Numbered from the stretch's first letter, positions 27,224 through 36,796 are shown. The stretch is 36,911 bases of DNA from Armatimonadota bacterium (GCA_046292385.1 JBKBRF010000059.1:1-36911); one strand, 5' to 3'. Notes: generated from the sequence alone by a model not told the origin. Made by a program: numbers and translations.

Positions 27224-28056
27224 TAGCGCTCCAACAGCTCTTCCAGTTGTTTTCTCCGTTTGCGGATCCGCGTGGCGAGTTCCTTCTGGTCTGCGTGGCT
27301 GAACGCCTGCTTTTCGATGGCGCGCTGCAGCGCGCGGTCGACCTGGCCCAGGATCTGGTGGGCGCGGCGGCGCTGCTCCGGCCCGAGCTGCCGCTCGTCC
27401 GAGACGAATTCTCCGGAGCAGATGAGCAGCCGCGTGAGCTGCCGGGTAAGCTGGCGCGTCACCGCCGCCTGGCGGATCGCGTCCATCAGGCTCAGCGCCG
27501 TCTCCGGAAGCTGATCGCGCTGGGCGCGCACTTCCTCCACCCAGGCTTCCATGGTGGAATCCGCTTCTTCGTCCTCCGCCTCCTCGGCTTCAGATTCCGC
27601 TTCTTCGGATTCCTCCGGCTCGGCGGCCGGCTCCCCCGGCCCCCCTGCGGCCCGGCCGTCCGGGGACGGCTCCGCCTTCGGCTCCAGCCGCTGGGCCGCC
27701 GCCACCGCATCCGAGAGGATCTCGACTTCCGCTTCCAGCTCGGCCTCTCGCTGCGCCTGCGCGTCGAGGGCGGTGGCCGCCTCCGCCAGCGCCTCGAGGT
27801 CCTCCTCGTCGCGAATGCCGGTCACGAGGACGCTGTGGGTCTCGGCGTCCTCTTCCAGCGACAGCCCGCGGTGACGCAGGTACTCGTGGATCTTGCGAGC
27901 CTGCCACATACCGATGCCGCGCACCGCCGCCAGCTCCGCCACTGTCTTGGTCAGCAGCGTCTGCAGGTCGTGGATACCGGCCTCCGCCAGCGCGGTGCGG
28001 CGCACCGGCCCCAGGCCCGGAATCTCGGCGAGATCCCCGCGCTCCAGTTCACTCAT
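27223..28056 (-). CDS. Helix-hairpin-helix domain protein with acidic linker and helical C-terminus
   Basis: LAEIPGLGPVR and LAAVRGIGMWQA HhH motifs. The start at 28056 overlaps the CHAD stop. Confidence 0.8.
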   Translation of the reverse strand: MSELERGDLAEIPGLGPVRRTALAEAGIHDLQTLLTKTVAELAAVRGIGMWQARKIHEYLRHRGLSLEEDAETHSVLVTGIRDEEDLEALAEAATALDAQAQREAELEAEVEILSDAVAAAQRLEPKAEPSPDGRAAGGPGEPAAEPEESEEAESEAEEAEDEEADSTMEAWVEEVRAQRDQLPETALSLMDAIRQAAVTRQLTRQLTRLLICSGEFVSDERQLGPEQRRRAHQILGQVDRALQRAIEKQAFSHADQKELATRIRKRRKQLEELLER

Positions 28057-29101
28057 CTCCCGCTCCTCCTCCATCCGGATTCCGAATCGCTTGCAGAAGC
28101 TCGCCGCGGAGCCCCCGCTCTTCCAGCTTGCGCCACTGCGCGTAGAACCGTGTGTAGCAGTCGTTCCGGGTGCCGGTCTCCCGGCGCTGCAGCTCATGCA
28201 GGCCGCTTTGCACCGCGTCGGGGCTCAGCAGCCCCAGCGCGGCGAGTCCCTTTGGCTCCAGCGGCTCGCGCCCGGTCCGCTCCAGCAGCTCCAGCCGCAC
28301 GTCGCTGTCGTGCAGGTCGCCGAGCAGCTCCTGCACCTTCTTCACCGCGGCGAGCTGCTTCTTCAGCCCCGTCGAGTACGCGGGAGCGAAGACCTCCATG
28401 GTGTAGCGGAGCCACTTGGCGGCGATCCGCATCTCGTGCAGCTCTTCCACGGCTTCCGGCCGCGCGACGTACGGCTCGAACGCGTACAGCTCTTCCACGC
28501 GCGCTCGCAGCGCCACGGGAGCCGCTTCCCGAAACGTCATCTCCCCCCGCGGCACGCCGCCCCGGCGGCTCCCGGGGTGAGGGTCCGGCCCCCAGATCCG
28601 CACGGGGGAGAGGCCCACCCGGTAGGCGTCGTCCTGCTCCGCGAGATAGGCATCCAGACGCGCCTCGAATCGGCTCTCCAGCAGGCGGTCGAGCGACTTG
28701 AGCATCGGCTGCCGCGCCGTCTCTCGCCGGGCGGAGAGGACCGCGACCAGGTACTCCACCGCGGTCGTTTCTTCCCCCTGCAGGCCTTCCCGCAGCCGTT
28801 TCAGGTAATCGAGCTGGACGTCGAGGTCCCGCACCTCCCCCAGCGCCCGCGTCACCCGCCGTGCCTCTCGCATCAGCTTCCGGTAGCCCGGCTCCGGGAA
28901 ACAGACGGCGAAGAGACGCATCGCCGCGACCAGGCGCCGCGACCAGACGCGCATGTCGTGCACCGCCTCGATATCTTCTCCCAGGCGCACCCCATCCGCG
29001 TGGCTCACCATCTCGGCCGCGCGGCGGGTGATCATCTCGGAGCCCCAGGCCCACAGTGGTGCGTCCGGACCCAGCTCTCCCTGTGCCGCTCCACCCGCCA
29101 T
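28049..29101 (-). CDS. CHAD domain (polyphosphate-binding) protein
   Basis: VHDMRVWSRRL, LGEVRDLDV, LHEMRIAAKWLRY and QELLGDLHD. Confidence 0.93.
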   Translation of the reverse strand: MAGGAAQGELGPDAPLWAWGSEMITRRAAEMVSHADGVRLGEDIEAVHDMRVWSRRLVAAMRLFAVCFPEPGYRKLMREARRVTRALGEVRDLDVQLDYLKRLREGLQGEETTAVEYLVAVLSARRETARQPMLKSLDRLLESRFEARLDAYLAEQDDAYRVGLSPVRIWGPDPHPGSRRGGVPRGEMTFREAAPVALRARVEELYAFEPYVARPEAVEELHEMRIAAKWLRYTMEVFAPAYSTGLKKQLAAVKKVQELLGDLHDSDVRLELLERTGREPLEPKGLAALGLLSPDAVQSGLHELQRRETGTRNDCYTRFYAQWRKLEERGLRGELLQAIRNPDGGGAGDE

Positions 29102-29356
29102 CAGCGGCCTGCCCCGGCAGTATGATTGGTGAAAATCGGTTTCATACTAACGTTATTACCCCACGCCACGTGCGCAGTTTCCTTTCCGAAGTAGCCATTT
29201 CCCTGCCGCGGGCTGCTTAAATCTTCACGTACCGGGAGCGCAGCTAACCGGTTCGCCAAGCCAGTCACAACCCCCCTCGCCCCGGTAACACCTGACACGT
29301 GCCGACAACGGCGTGAAACCCTGCCCCGCGGCGCGTGTCTGCGTCAGGTAGAGCTT

Positions 29357-29522
29357 AGAGCCTATCCGGACAGGCTCGGTTGTTAGCGAAGCCGAGCGAG
29401 AGGCGAGCAGGCTAGGAGGGAGCGAGGGTGCGGCCTCGAAGCATGGCCGGACCCCCGCTCCGGACGACGCATGGTCGGCTCGCAGCCGGCTGCAGCCAAG
29501 CAGGCCTGTTCGGATAGGCTCT
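29357..29522. mobile_element. 166-bp MITE-like element with 19-bp terminal inverted repeats
   Basis: AGAGCCTATCCGGACAGGC / GCCTGTTCGGATAGGCTCT pair at 18/19. Confidence 0.65.
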
Positions 29523-29554
29523 TTTGTCAGCACCACGGCGAGCGGGAGGTCACC

Positions 29555-31105
29555 ATGGACAGGCGGAGTCGACGGGCGCTGCTGGCCGACGTAGGACGCG
29601 GGATGCTTCTGGCGAGCATCGGCACCGGGCTGACGGCGGAGCTGGGCCTCACCCCAGCAGCGGCAGAAGCCGAGACAGCCGGCACCCTCGCCTTCGGGCG
29701 GCTCGAGCCGCTCGTTTGCCTGATGCAGGAGACGCCGGCGGAGACGCTGCTGCCGCGGCTGGCGGATCGACTGAGCGCCGGCACCCCGCTCCGCGACCTG
29801 GTAGCCGCCGCGGCGCTGGCGAACGCCCGCACCTTCGGCGGAGAGGACTACATCGGCTTCCACACGATGATGGCGCTCTCACCGGCCTACCACATGGCGC
29901 GGGAGCTGCCGGTGGAGCGGCAGCCACTGCCGGTGCTGAAGGTCCTCTATCGAAACAGCGCGCGGATCCAGGAGACCGGCGGCCGCACCCGAGAGGTGCT
30001 TCATCCCGTCTCCCCCGCGCCGGCCCCCGCCGACGCGGCAGCGCTGTGCGAGGCAGTGCGAAAGCAGGACGCCGGCCGGGCGGAGGCGCTCTTCGCCGCC
30101 GCCGCGCGGGAGTCGGCGGCGAAGGCGTTCGACGACCTCCTCTACGCCGTGCAGGACCAGTTGGAAGTGCACCGGGTGGTGCTGCCCTACCGGGCCTGGG
30201 ACCTGCTGGAGATCGTCGGCTCCGAGCACGCCCACACGATGCTGCGGCAGTCGGTCCGCTACTGCGTCAAAGCGGAGTCGGTCCGGCGCCCCGCCTGGGA
30301 CGAGCCAGTCGCTCTGCTGCCCCAGCTGCTGGAGCAGCACCGCTTGCTGGAGCGGTCGCCCGGCACGCGGGAGGGGGACGACGCCTGGCTCGCCGGCCTG
30401 AGCCGGACGATCTTCGGCTCGAAGCCGGCCGACGCCGCCGCCGCGACCGCCGCCGCGCTGGCCGAGGGGTACTCTCCGGCGCAGGTAGGCGAAGCGCTGT
30501 CCCTCGCCGCCAACGAGCTGGTCCTCCGGGACCCCGGCCGGACGCCGAGCCTGGAAGACGTGGGGAAGCCGGTCGGCAGCGTGCACGGCGACTCGGTCGG
30601 CGTCCACGCCTGCGACACCGCCAACGCCTGGCGGCAGATGGCCGGGGTCGCCAGCGCCCGCCACACCTGCGCGTGTCTCATTCTCGGCGCCTACCAGGTA
30701 GCGCGGGACCGGACGCTGGGAGGGAGGGATCTCGCCGGCTATCCCCCGCTCCCCCTGGAGCACCACCTCGCGCGGGTCACGGCGACCGATCCGGCCGAGC
30801 TGCTCCGCGAGGCGGAGGCGGCGATCCGCGGCAACCTGCAGGCGCGGGCGAGCGCGGCGGTGCACCGGTACGGCGCCCTCGGGCACCCGGCCCGCCCGGC
30901 ATTCGAGCTGATGCTCCGCTACGCCGTGAGCGAAGATGGGAGCCTGCACGCGGAGAAATACTACCGGACCGTCTCCGAGGAATTCGCCGCCACCCGCCCC
31001 GCGTTCCGGTGGCGACACCTGGTGGCGCTGGCCCGGGTTACCGCCAGCGAATTCGGCCGGCCCGCTCCGGGCTACGCGGAGGCCTGCCGGCTGCTGAAGA
31101 TCTGA
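29555..31105 (+). CDS. Hypothetical protein with twin-Arg-like leader and His motifs
   Basis: RBS GGGAGG, 516 aa, SRRALL, GFHT, VHGDSVGVHA and LHAEKYY. Confidence 0.85.
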   Translation: MDRRSRRALLADVGRGMLLASIGTGLTAELGLTPAAAEAETAGTLAFGRLEPLVCLMQETPAETLLPRLADRLSAGTPLRDLVAAAALANARTFGGEDYIGFHTMMALSPAYHMARELPVERQPLPVLKVLYRNSARIQETGGRTREVLHPVSPAPAPADAAALCEAVRKQDAGRAEALFAAAARESAAKAFDDLLYAVQDQLEVHRVVLPYRAWDLLEIVGSEHAHTMLRQSVRYCVKAESVRRPAWDEPVALLPQLLEQHRLLERSPGTREGDDAWLAGLSRTIFGSKPADAAAATAAALAEGYSPAQVGEALSLAANELVLRDPGRTPSLEDVGKPVGSVHGDSVGVHACDTANAWRQMAGVASARHTCACLILGAYQVARDRTLGGRDLAGYPPLPLEHHLARVTATDPAELLREAEAAIRGNLQARASAAVHRYGALGHPARPAFELMLRYAVSEDGSLHAEKYYRTVSEEFAATRPAFRWRHLVALARVTASEFGRPAPGYAEACRLLKI

Positions 31106-31138
31106 GACGAGGCTGCCCTGGAGCGGGAGCGGTTCCGG

Positions 31139-32101
31139 CTACCGCACCCGCTGCAGCTCCAGGGCGTGCTCCCGCAGGAACTGCGCCGTCTCTTCCGCGT
31201 TGAAGACGCCCGCGCAGGCGCCGAGGGAGCGGACGCACGAGGCGCCCAGGGCGCTCCCGTATTCCAGGCAGCCGCGGAGGTCCAGGCCGCGCACCATGCC
31301 GGTGATGAAGCCGGCGCAGAACGCGTCGCCGGCGCCGGTGGCGTCGATCGGAACCGAGGGGAACGGATACGCCTTCCAGATCTCGTCCTCGTGCGCCACT
31401 ACCAGACCGTCGCCGCCCTGGGTCACGATCACGGTGCGGGCGCCGAGGGCGCGGCACGCCTCCGCCTGGCGCACCGGCTCGGTCTCTCCCGTCAGGATCG
31501 CCGCCTCGTCGTTGTTCGGCATGAAAACGTCCGTGTGCGGCAGCACCGGCTCCAGCTCTCCGCCGGCCGTGTAGCCGCTCGGCACCACCACGTCGAGCAC
31601 GTTCCGCACTCCCTGCTCGCGGCAGTGGCGGAAGAGCGCGCCCAGCTCATCCGGATCGAACGCCGGCATCAGCAGGTACCCGCCCAGGTAGAAGACCTTG
31701 GAGCGGCAGACCTGCTCCCGCGGGATGTCCGACACCCGGAAGTCCCCGTTGGCGCCGAAGGAGTGGACGAACCGCCGGTCCTGTCCCTTGACCAGCAGCA
31801 CCAGGCTCTGCGACGTCTGCTCCGTCTCGGAGGCGGCCAGGTGCTCGGTCGCTACCCCGTGCTCCGCCAGGTCTTCCCGGATGAAGCGCCCCCAGACGTC
31901 GCTGCCGACTTTCCCGGAGATGCCGACGCGCACCCCCTGGCAGGCGAGATCGATCGCCACGTTCGCCGCGCAGCCGCCCGTGGTCAGCGACATCCCCGGC
32001 ACCGCTACCAGCTCCCCTTCGGCGGGCAGGTGCTCCATCGGCATGCTGACGTGATCGGCAACGAGAATCCCGGCACTGATGACTTCGTGTGGGGCGGACA
32101 T
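31139..32101 (-). CDS. PfkB family carbohydrate kinase
   Basis: GGCAANVA, GKVGSD, PNNDEA and DATGAGDAFCAG. Confidence 0.93.
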   Translation of the reverse strand: MSAPHEVISAGILVADHVSMPMEHLPAEGELVAVPGMSLTTGGCAANVAIDLACQGVRVGISGKVGSDVWGRFIREDLAEHGVATEHLAASETEQTSQSLVLLVKGQDRRFVHSFGANGDFRVSDIPREQVCRSKVFYLGGYLLMPAFDPDELGALFRHCREQGVRNVLDVVVPSGYTAGGELEPVLPHTDVFMPNNDEAAILTGETEPVRQAEACRALGARTVIVTQGGDGLVVAHEDEIWKAYPFPSVPIDATGAGDAFCAGFITGMVRGLDLRGCLEYGSALGASCVRSLGACAGVFNAEETAQFLREHALELQRVR

Positions 32102-32314
32102 GGCTATACCTGGCCCCGGAGGCAGCGGCGCGCTCCGGGAAGACACGGGGCAAGAAAACTCTAGCCACGTTCCCCGCGGCGGGAAGCGCCTCCTCCGAAG
32201 CGGCACCCCCTCGAACGCTCACAATGGGAATGCAACGTGGGGCAGAGCGAAGAGGTCCGGGGTGGCAGTGGAGGAGGCGCTCCTCGCCTACAGATCCAGC
32301 GCCGGAAAGCTCTC

Positions 32315-32404
32315 GGAGTAAGAGTAGGAGAACGAGTAGGAGTAAGAGTTACCGGATACGGAGGGTTCGGAATTCATCCCTCATCCCTCCGCCCTCATCC
32401 TTCA
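32315..32404. repeat. Short tandem repeats (GAGTAA/GAGTAG hexamers; TCATCCC heptamers)
   Basis: GGAGTAAGAGTAGGAGAACGAGTAGGAGTAAGAGT followed by TTCATCCCTCATCCCTCCGCCCTCATCCTTCA. Confidence 0.6.
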
Positions 32405-32647
32405 GGCCGCCGACCGCCCCGTCTCCGCCTCATGCGGGGCGCGGCGCCGCTCCAGCAGCGGCTGGACCTGCTTCCAGGTCCGGATGCGCGTGGCGCGCTC
32501 GTCGCACGCCGCGCAGACCCAGCGCGCCGGCTGCTCTTCGGCGCGCTGGCGGGTCAGCCTGACCGGGTATGAGGCCGTCCCCCTCCGCCAGCTCCGGTAG
32601 GCGCAGCGCAGGCTGAGACGACGACTGCAGATCTCACAGTGGGTCAC
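32402..32647 (-). CDS. Small hypothetical protein with two CxxC motifs
   Basis: 81 aa with CEIC and CAAC. GGAG lies upstream of the GTG start. Confidence 0.5.
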   Translation of the reverse strand: MTHCEICSRRLSLRCAYRSWRRGTASYPVRLTRQRAEEQPARWVCAACDERATRIRTWKQVQPLLERRRAPHEAETGRSAA

Positions 32648-32811
32648 GCGGACACTCCGATCGAGTCACGGCGCGGAAAGGATGCCGGGCAGGCAGGGTA
32701 GCAAGCGCCTGGGGTACTGCAGATGTCGGCAGCATTCCCGCGATCATGCATGGCATCTTGCAAACGGAAAGGCAAGGGGCTGCCCGCCGGCCGCGAGCAG
32801 CCCCGGCCAGA

Positions 32812-33810
32812 TCAGATCTCGGAAAGCTCCACCCGGCGGCGCTCTCGGGCGCTCCGGCGGACCGCTTCCAGCACGCGCATGTTCTCCAGCGCGTCTTCCG
32901 GCCCGCGCACCGGGGCGCTGCCGGTGCGGACGCACTCGCTGAAGTGCTCCACCATCAGGGTGTAGTGGTCCACTCCCTCGGTGGTCAGCTCTTCCTCGCC
33001 GTTCTGGTCCCAGACGCGCACCACGGCCGGGTCCTTGCCCGGAAGCCACGGCTTCGGGATCTCGAGCCGGCCCTCGGTGCCGACCACCTCGATGCCGCTC
33101 CGCGCGGCCGACTCGAAGCTGCAGTCGAAGAGCCCGGCGAAGCCGTCGTACTCCAGTACGCCGGCGCACGACAGGTCGCCGCCGCTCGCCTCATCCCAGG
33201 TGGCCCACGCGGAGACCGCTTTCGGCGCGCCGCCGCCGAAGAGGCGGGTGGCGTTGACGCAGTAGCAGCCGACGTCCATCAGCGCGCCGGGGCCCTGGTC
33301 GGCCTGGAAGCGCGGGTTCACCGGGTCCGGCGCCAGGTTGAAGGAGAAGCTGGTGCGGATGAGACGCAGCGCCCCCAGGCGCCCGCTCTCCACCACCTGC
33401 TTCGCCAGCTCCATCTGCGGATGGAAGCGGTACATGAACGCCTCCATCAGCACCCGCCCGGTGCGGCGGGAGACGGCGATCATCTCTTCCGTCTCCGCCG
33501 GGGTTACCGTGAACGGCTTCTCGCAGAGGACGTGCTTGCCCGCCTCCATCGCGCGGATGCTCCACTCCGCGTGCTTGCCGTTCGGGAGGGGGTTGTAGAC
33601 CGCCTCGACCTCCGGATCCTCCAGCACCGCCTCGTACGAGGGCGCCAGCCGGTAGTTGTACTCTTCCGCGTTCTCGCCCACCCGCTCCGGGCGCGGCGTT
33701 CCCAGGCAGACCAGCCGCGCGTTCGAGGCCGCCGTGATGGCGGGTACGAGCGCGTTCCGCGCGATCTTGGCGCTGCTGATGATCCCCCAGCCTACTTCTC
33801 GCTCAGCCAT
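32812..33810 (-). CDS. Gfo/Idh/MocA family oxidoreductase
   Basis: WGIISSAKIA, VYNPLPN..H, GKHVLCEKP, MEAFMYRFHP and GALMDVGCY. Confidence 0.94.
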   Translation of the reverse strand: MAEREVGWGIISSAKIARNALVPAITAASNARLVCLGTPRPERVGENAEEYNYRLAPSYEAVLEDPEVEAVYNPLPNGKHAEWSIRAMEAGKHVLCEKPFTVTPAETEEMIAVSRRTGRVLMEAFMYRFHPQMELAKQVVESGRLGALRLIRTSFSFNLAPDPVNPRFQADQGPGALMDVGCYCVNATRLFGGGAPKAVSAWATWDEASGGDLSCAGVLEYDGFAGLFDCSFESAARSGIEVVGTEGRLEIPKPWLPGKDPAVVRVWDQNGEEELTTEGVDHYTLMVEHFSECVRTGSAPVRGPEDALENMRVLEAVRRSARERRRVELSEI

Positions 33811-33848
33811 CGTTGGTTCGTTCCTGTCTCTCGCCCGCGCCGTGCCGC

Positions 33849-34367
33849 TTACTCGCCGAGGACCGCCAGGATCTCGCGGCAGAAGGCGGGCAGGTCTTTC
33901 GGCACCTGCGCCGTCACCAGGTTGCCGTCGGTCACGCACGGCTCGTCTACCCACTCGGCACCCGCGTTGATCATGTCGTCCTTGATCGCCGGGACGGAGG
34001 TGCAGCGCCGGCCCCGCAGCACTCGGGCGGAGACGAGGACCCACCCGCCGTGACAGACCGCGGCGGTGAGCTTGCCCGCCTCACAGATCTCCCGGGTGAA
34101 GGTGAGCACTTCGTCGTAGCGCCGCAGCCGGTCCGGGCAGAAGCCGCCAGGGACGATCACGCCGTCGAAGTCGGCCGCGCGGTAGTCGGCCACGTTGCCG
34201 TCGGTCTCCACCGGGTAGCCGTGCTTCGACTTGTAGCTCTTCTCCCGCGGTCCCGCGACCACCACTTCCACGCCTGCCTCGATCAACCGGAGCTTCGGAT
34301 ACCAGAGCTCCAGGTCTTCGTAGTTGTCCTCCGCGAAGATCAGGACGCGCTTTCCCGCTGCCGCCAT
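33849..34367 (-). CDS. pfpI: DJ-1/PfpI family protein
   Basis: YEDLELWYP, VPGG..PD.LR, AVCHG (nucleophile Cys) and DGNLVT. Confidence 0.93.
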   Translation of the reverse strand: MAAAGKRVLIFAEDNYEDLELWYPKLRLIEAGVEVVVAGPREKSYKSKHGYPVETDGNVADYRAADFDGVIVPGGFCPDRLRRYDEVLTFTREICEAGKLTAAVCHGGWVLVSARVLRGRRCTSVPAIKDDMINAGAEWVDEPCVTDGNLVTAQVPKDLPAFCREILAVLGE

Positions 34368-34532
34368 CTCAGCACCCTCCTCCGGCCCCTCGGGCGTCGC
34401 GCTCCCAACGGCGCCGCCCTCGGCCTCCGATAGTTTAGCCTATCCGTCCAGGGATCCCCCCATTCCTCGCAGCCCGGGCGCCCGCCTGCTTGGCCCTCGC
34501 CCAACCCGGCGAGCGCGGCCGGTGAGAGCCTC

Positions 34533-34562
34533 TTGTCTCTCCCCCGCCCTTCGCGCTATACT
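34533..34562 (+). promoter_or_regulatory. Putative sigma70 promoter
   Basis: TTGTCT, 18-bp spacer, TATACT. Confidence 0.45.
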
Positions 34563-34620
34563 GGGTCCCGCTTGCCGGCGCCCGCGGCGCGCGGCCGATC
34601 GAGCAGACCGGAGTAGACGG

Positions 34621-34779
34621 ATGGCATCCCGAAGAACCGTTATCACCCGCGACCGCCAGCGCAACTCGACCGCGCGGAAGCGGACCCATCGCGCCGGCCA
34701 GGAGCGGGCACAGCAGCAGGCGCAGGTCCTGCAGAAGCTGTGGTCGCAGGCACGCGCGGAGCAGAAGGCGCAGGCCTAG
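34621..34779 (+). CDS. Small basic hypothetical protein (52 aa)
   Basis: GGAG SD before ATG 34621, with a promoter upstream and a terminator-like hairpin downstream. Confidence 0.55.
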   Translation: MASRRTVITRDRQRNSTARKRTHRAGQERAQQQAQVLQKLWSQARAEQKAQA

Positions 34780-34807
34780 TCTCCGCCCGCAGCCGGACAG
34801 TGTCCCA

Positions 34808-34846
34808 GGGGGCAGCGCCGATCAGGTGCTGCCCCCCTTGCTTTTT
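34808..34846 (+). terminator. Probable intrinsic terminator
   Basis: GGGGGCAGCGCC-GATCA-GGTGCTGCCCCC followed by CTTGCTTTTT. Confidence 0.55.
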
Positions 34847-34933
34847 CGCCGCTCGGCCGCGGCGGAGCAGGCGGCTCGCCGGCACGCGGCGAACCGCCTG
34901 CCAGTGGAGAGATTCGCCGTTCAAGGAGGGGTT

Positions 34934-35335
34934 ATGGTAGCCGGTGTCGACCACGTAGCGATCGCCGCCCGGGATCCGCGGGCGCTGGCGCAGTGGTACT
35001 GCGAGGTGCTCGGCATGCGGGTGCTCTTCGATAACGAGAAAGACCCCCCCACCTGCCTCGTCGGCGGCGACATGGGCGGCGTGCTCGAGATCATGCCGGA
35101 CAACGGCGCGGAGCGGACCGTCCACCATCCCTACGACCCCGGCTTCCGCCACGTCGCCCTGCGCGTCCGCGACTTCGATGCGGCCTACGCCGCCCTGCAG
35201 GAGCACCACCAGGCGGAGCGGGTCCTCGGCCTCATGCCCCCCGCCCCCGCCGCCGGCGGCGGTCAGATCGCCTTCTTCCACGACCCCGAAGGCAACCTGG
35301 TTCAGATCGTGTCTCGCGACCGGGAGCTATACTGA
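34934..35335 (+). CDS. VOC/glyoxalase family protein
   Basis: RBS AAGGAGG, VDHVAI, WY.EVLGM, RHVAL.V.D and FFHDPEGNLVQI. Confidence 0.92.
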   Translation: MVAGVDHVAIAARDPRALAQWYCEVLGMRVLFDNEKDPPTCLVGGDMGGVLEIMPDNGAERTVHHPYDPGFRHVALRVRDFDAAYAALQEHHQAERVLGLMPPAPAAGGGQIAFFHDPEGNLVQIVSRDRELY

Positions 35336-35352
35336 GTCCGGGAGGTGGCACG

Positions 35353-36159
35353 ATGCCCGGTCCGTTTCCCGGAATGGATCCTTACCTGGAGAATCCGCTC
35401 CTCTGGCCTGGGGTACATCACGGCCTGATCTCCGCAATTCGCGCCCAGATCAACGCCGTGCTGCCCGAGCAGTACGTTGCCGACGTAGGGGAACGAGTGT
35501 ATCTCGCGCAGTCGGCGCGAGACGTGATCCCCGATGCGGTCGTCTATCGGGATCGGTCGCCAGCCACGGCGAGGGGTGCGACCGCGGTAGCGAGCAGCAC
35601 GGTCGCAGATCCGCCCTGGCGCCTCGTTCTGGAGCCGTTGGAGGTTCGGGAAGGCTTTATCGAGATCCGGTCGGTGCGGCCCGGCCGTCGGGTAGTCACG
35701 GTGATCGAGATCCTGAGCCCCTCCAATAAGCTAGCCAACAGCGACGGACGCCGGCAGTATCTGGAGAAGCAGCGGGAGCTGCTCGGCAGCGCAGTGAGTC
35801 TCCTCGAGATCGATCTCCTACGCGCGGGAGCCCACACCGTAGCGGCACCGTATGAACATCTCGAACTGCGGGGCAGGTGGGATTACCTGGTCTGCCTTCA
35901 CCGGGGCTCCACCCCGCGGGAGTTGGGAGTCTGGCCGATCCGGCTGCGGGACCGCCTGCCGTGGATTCGCGTCCCTCTGGCTGACGAGGACCACGATGTG
36001 CAGGTCGATCTGCAGGTGTCGTTAGACCGTTGCTACGACGAAGGTCTCTACCGTCGTCTTGCCGAGTACTCCGGCGAGCCGGTGCCGCCGTTGGCGCCCG
36101 CGGAAAAGGAATGGGCCGAGGCGCTGCTGCGAGAGGCGGGCCTGCGCCCGGCCGCCTGA
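35353..36159 (+). CDS. DUF4058 family protein
   Basis: MPGPFPGMDPYLE, IEILSPSNK and LLEIDLLRAG. Confidence 0.88.
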   Translation: MPGPFPGMDPYLENPLLWPGVHHGLISAIRAQINAVLPEQYVADVGERVYLAQSARDVIPDAVVYRDRSPATARGATAVASSTVADPPWRLVLEPLEVREGFIEIRSVRPGRRVVTVIEILSPSNKLANSDGRRQYLEKQRELLGSAVSLLEIDLLRAGAHTVAAPYEHLELRGRWDYLVCLHRGSTPRELGVWPIRLRDRLPWIRVPLADEDHDVQVDLQVSLDRCYDEGLYRRLAEYSGEPVPPLAPAEKEWAEALLREAGLRPAA

Positions 36160-36187
36160 CACGCTTGCCTGGGCTCCTGGCTGGCGT

Positions 36188-36216
36188 TTGACGACGCGGC
36201 CCGATTCTGGTAGACT
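36188..36216 (+). promoter_or_regulatory. Sigma70 promoter of RNA-binding protein gene
   Basis: TTGACG, 17-bp spacer, TAGACT with extended TG. Confidence 0.65.
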
Positions 36217-36469
36217 CTGGACGTTATAGCAAGCCAGCTCAGGCCGGCGCGCGTCCGCGCCGCTACCGACACGAGGCCTAATGCCGGGTTGATGCCCGCT
36301 TCTCTTCTCCAGTCGCAGACGTAAACCACCGGAGATCAAGCCTTTTCCTGAAGGCCCAACCGAAGCACGAACACCACCGTTCGCCGCATCCACTTTTCTC
36401 ACGAGGCCCGTGTCGGCAGCCCCACGCTGCCGGTGCGGGCCTTTGTGTCTGGCACGACCAAGGAGCAGA

Positions 36470-36796
36470 ATGTCCAAGCGGATTTTTGTTGGAAATCTAT
36501 CGTTCAACGTGTCCGAGGCAGAGCTGGAGAAGGCGTTCGAGCCGTTCCAGCCGACCGGAGTTGAGATCCCGAAGCGGTGGGTGCGCCGCTCGGACCGCGA
36601 GGACCGGCCCAAGGGGTTCGGCTTCGTGGAAGTGCCGGATTCGACCGCCCAGGCGGCGATCCGGGCGATGGACGGCAAGGTGCTGGACGGCCGGCCGATC
36701 GAGGTGGCCGAGGCGAAGCCGAAGCCGGACCTCTTCCCGCCCACGCGGTTCGGTGGCGGCTTCAATAACGGCGGCGGCCGCCGGTTCCGCCGCTAA
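36470..36796 (+). CDS. RRM (RNP-1/2) RNA-binding protein with Gly/Arg tail
   Basis: IFVGNLSF (RNP2) and KGFGFVEV (RNP1). SD AAGGAG. Confidence 0.95.
   Translation: MSKRIFVGNLSFNVSEAELEKAFEPFQPTGVEIPKRWVRRSDREDRPKGFGFVEVPDSTAQAAIRAMDGKVLDGRPIEVAEAKPKPDLFPPTRFGGGFNNGGGRRFRR

Noticed and set aside
29260..29310. Pho-box-like TGTCA/TGTTA repeats upstream of the CHAD-ppx operon
   Set aside because: Spacing is 7 and 10 nt rather than 11, and the matches are too degenerate.
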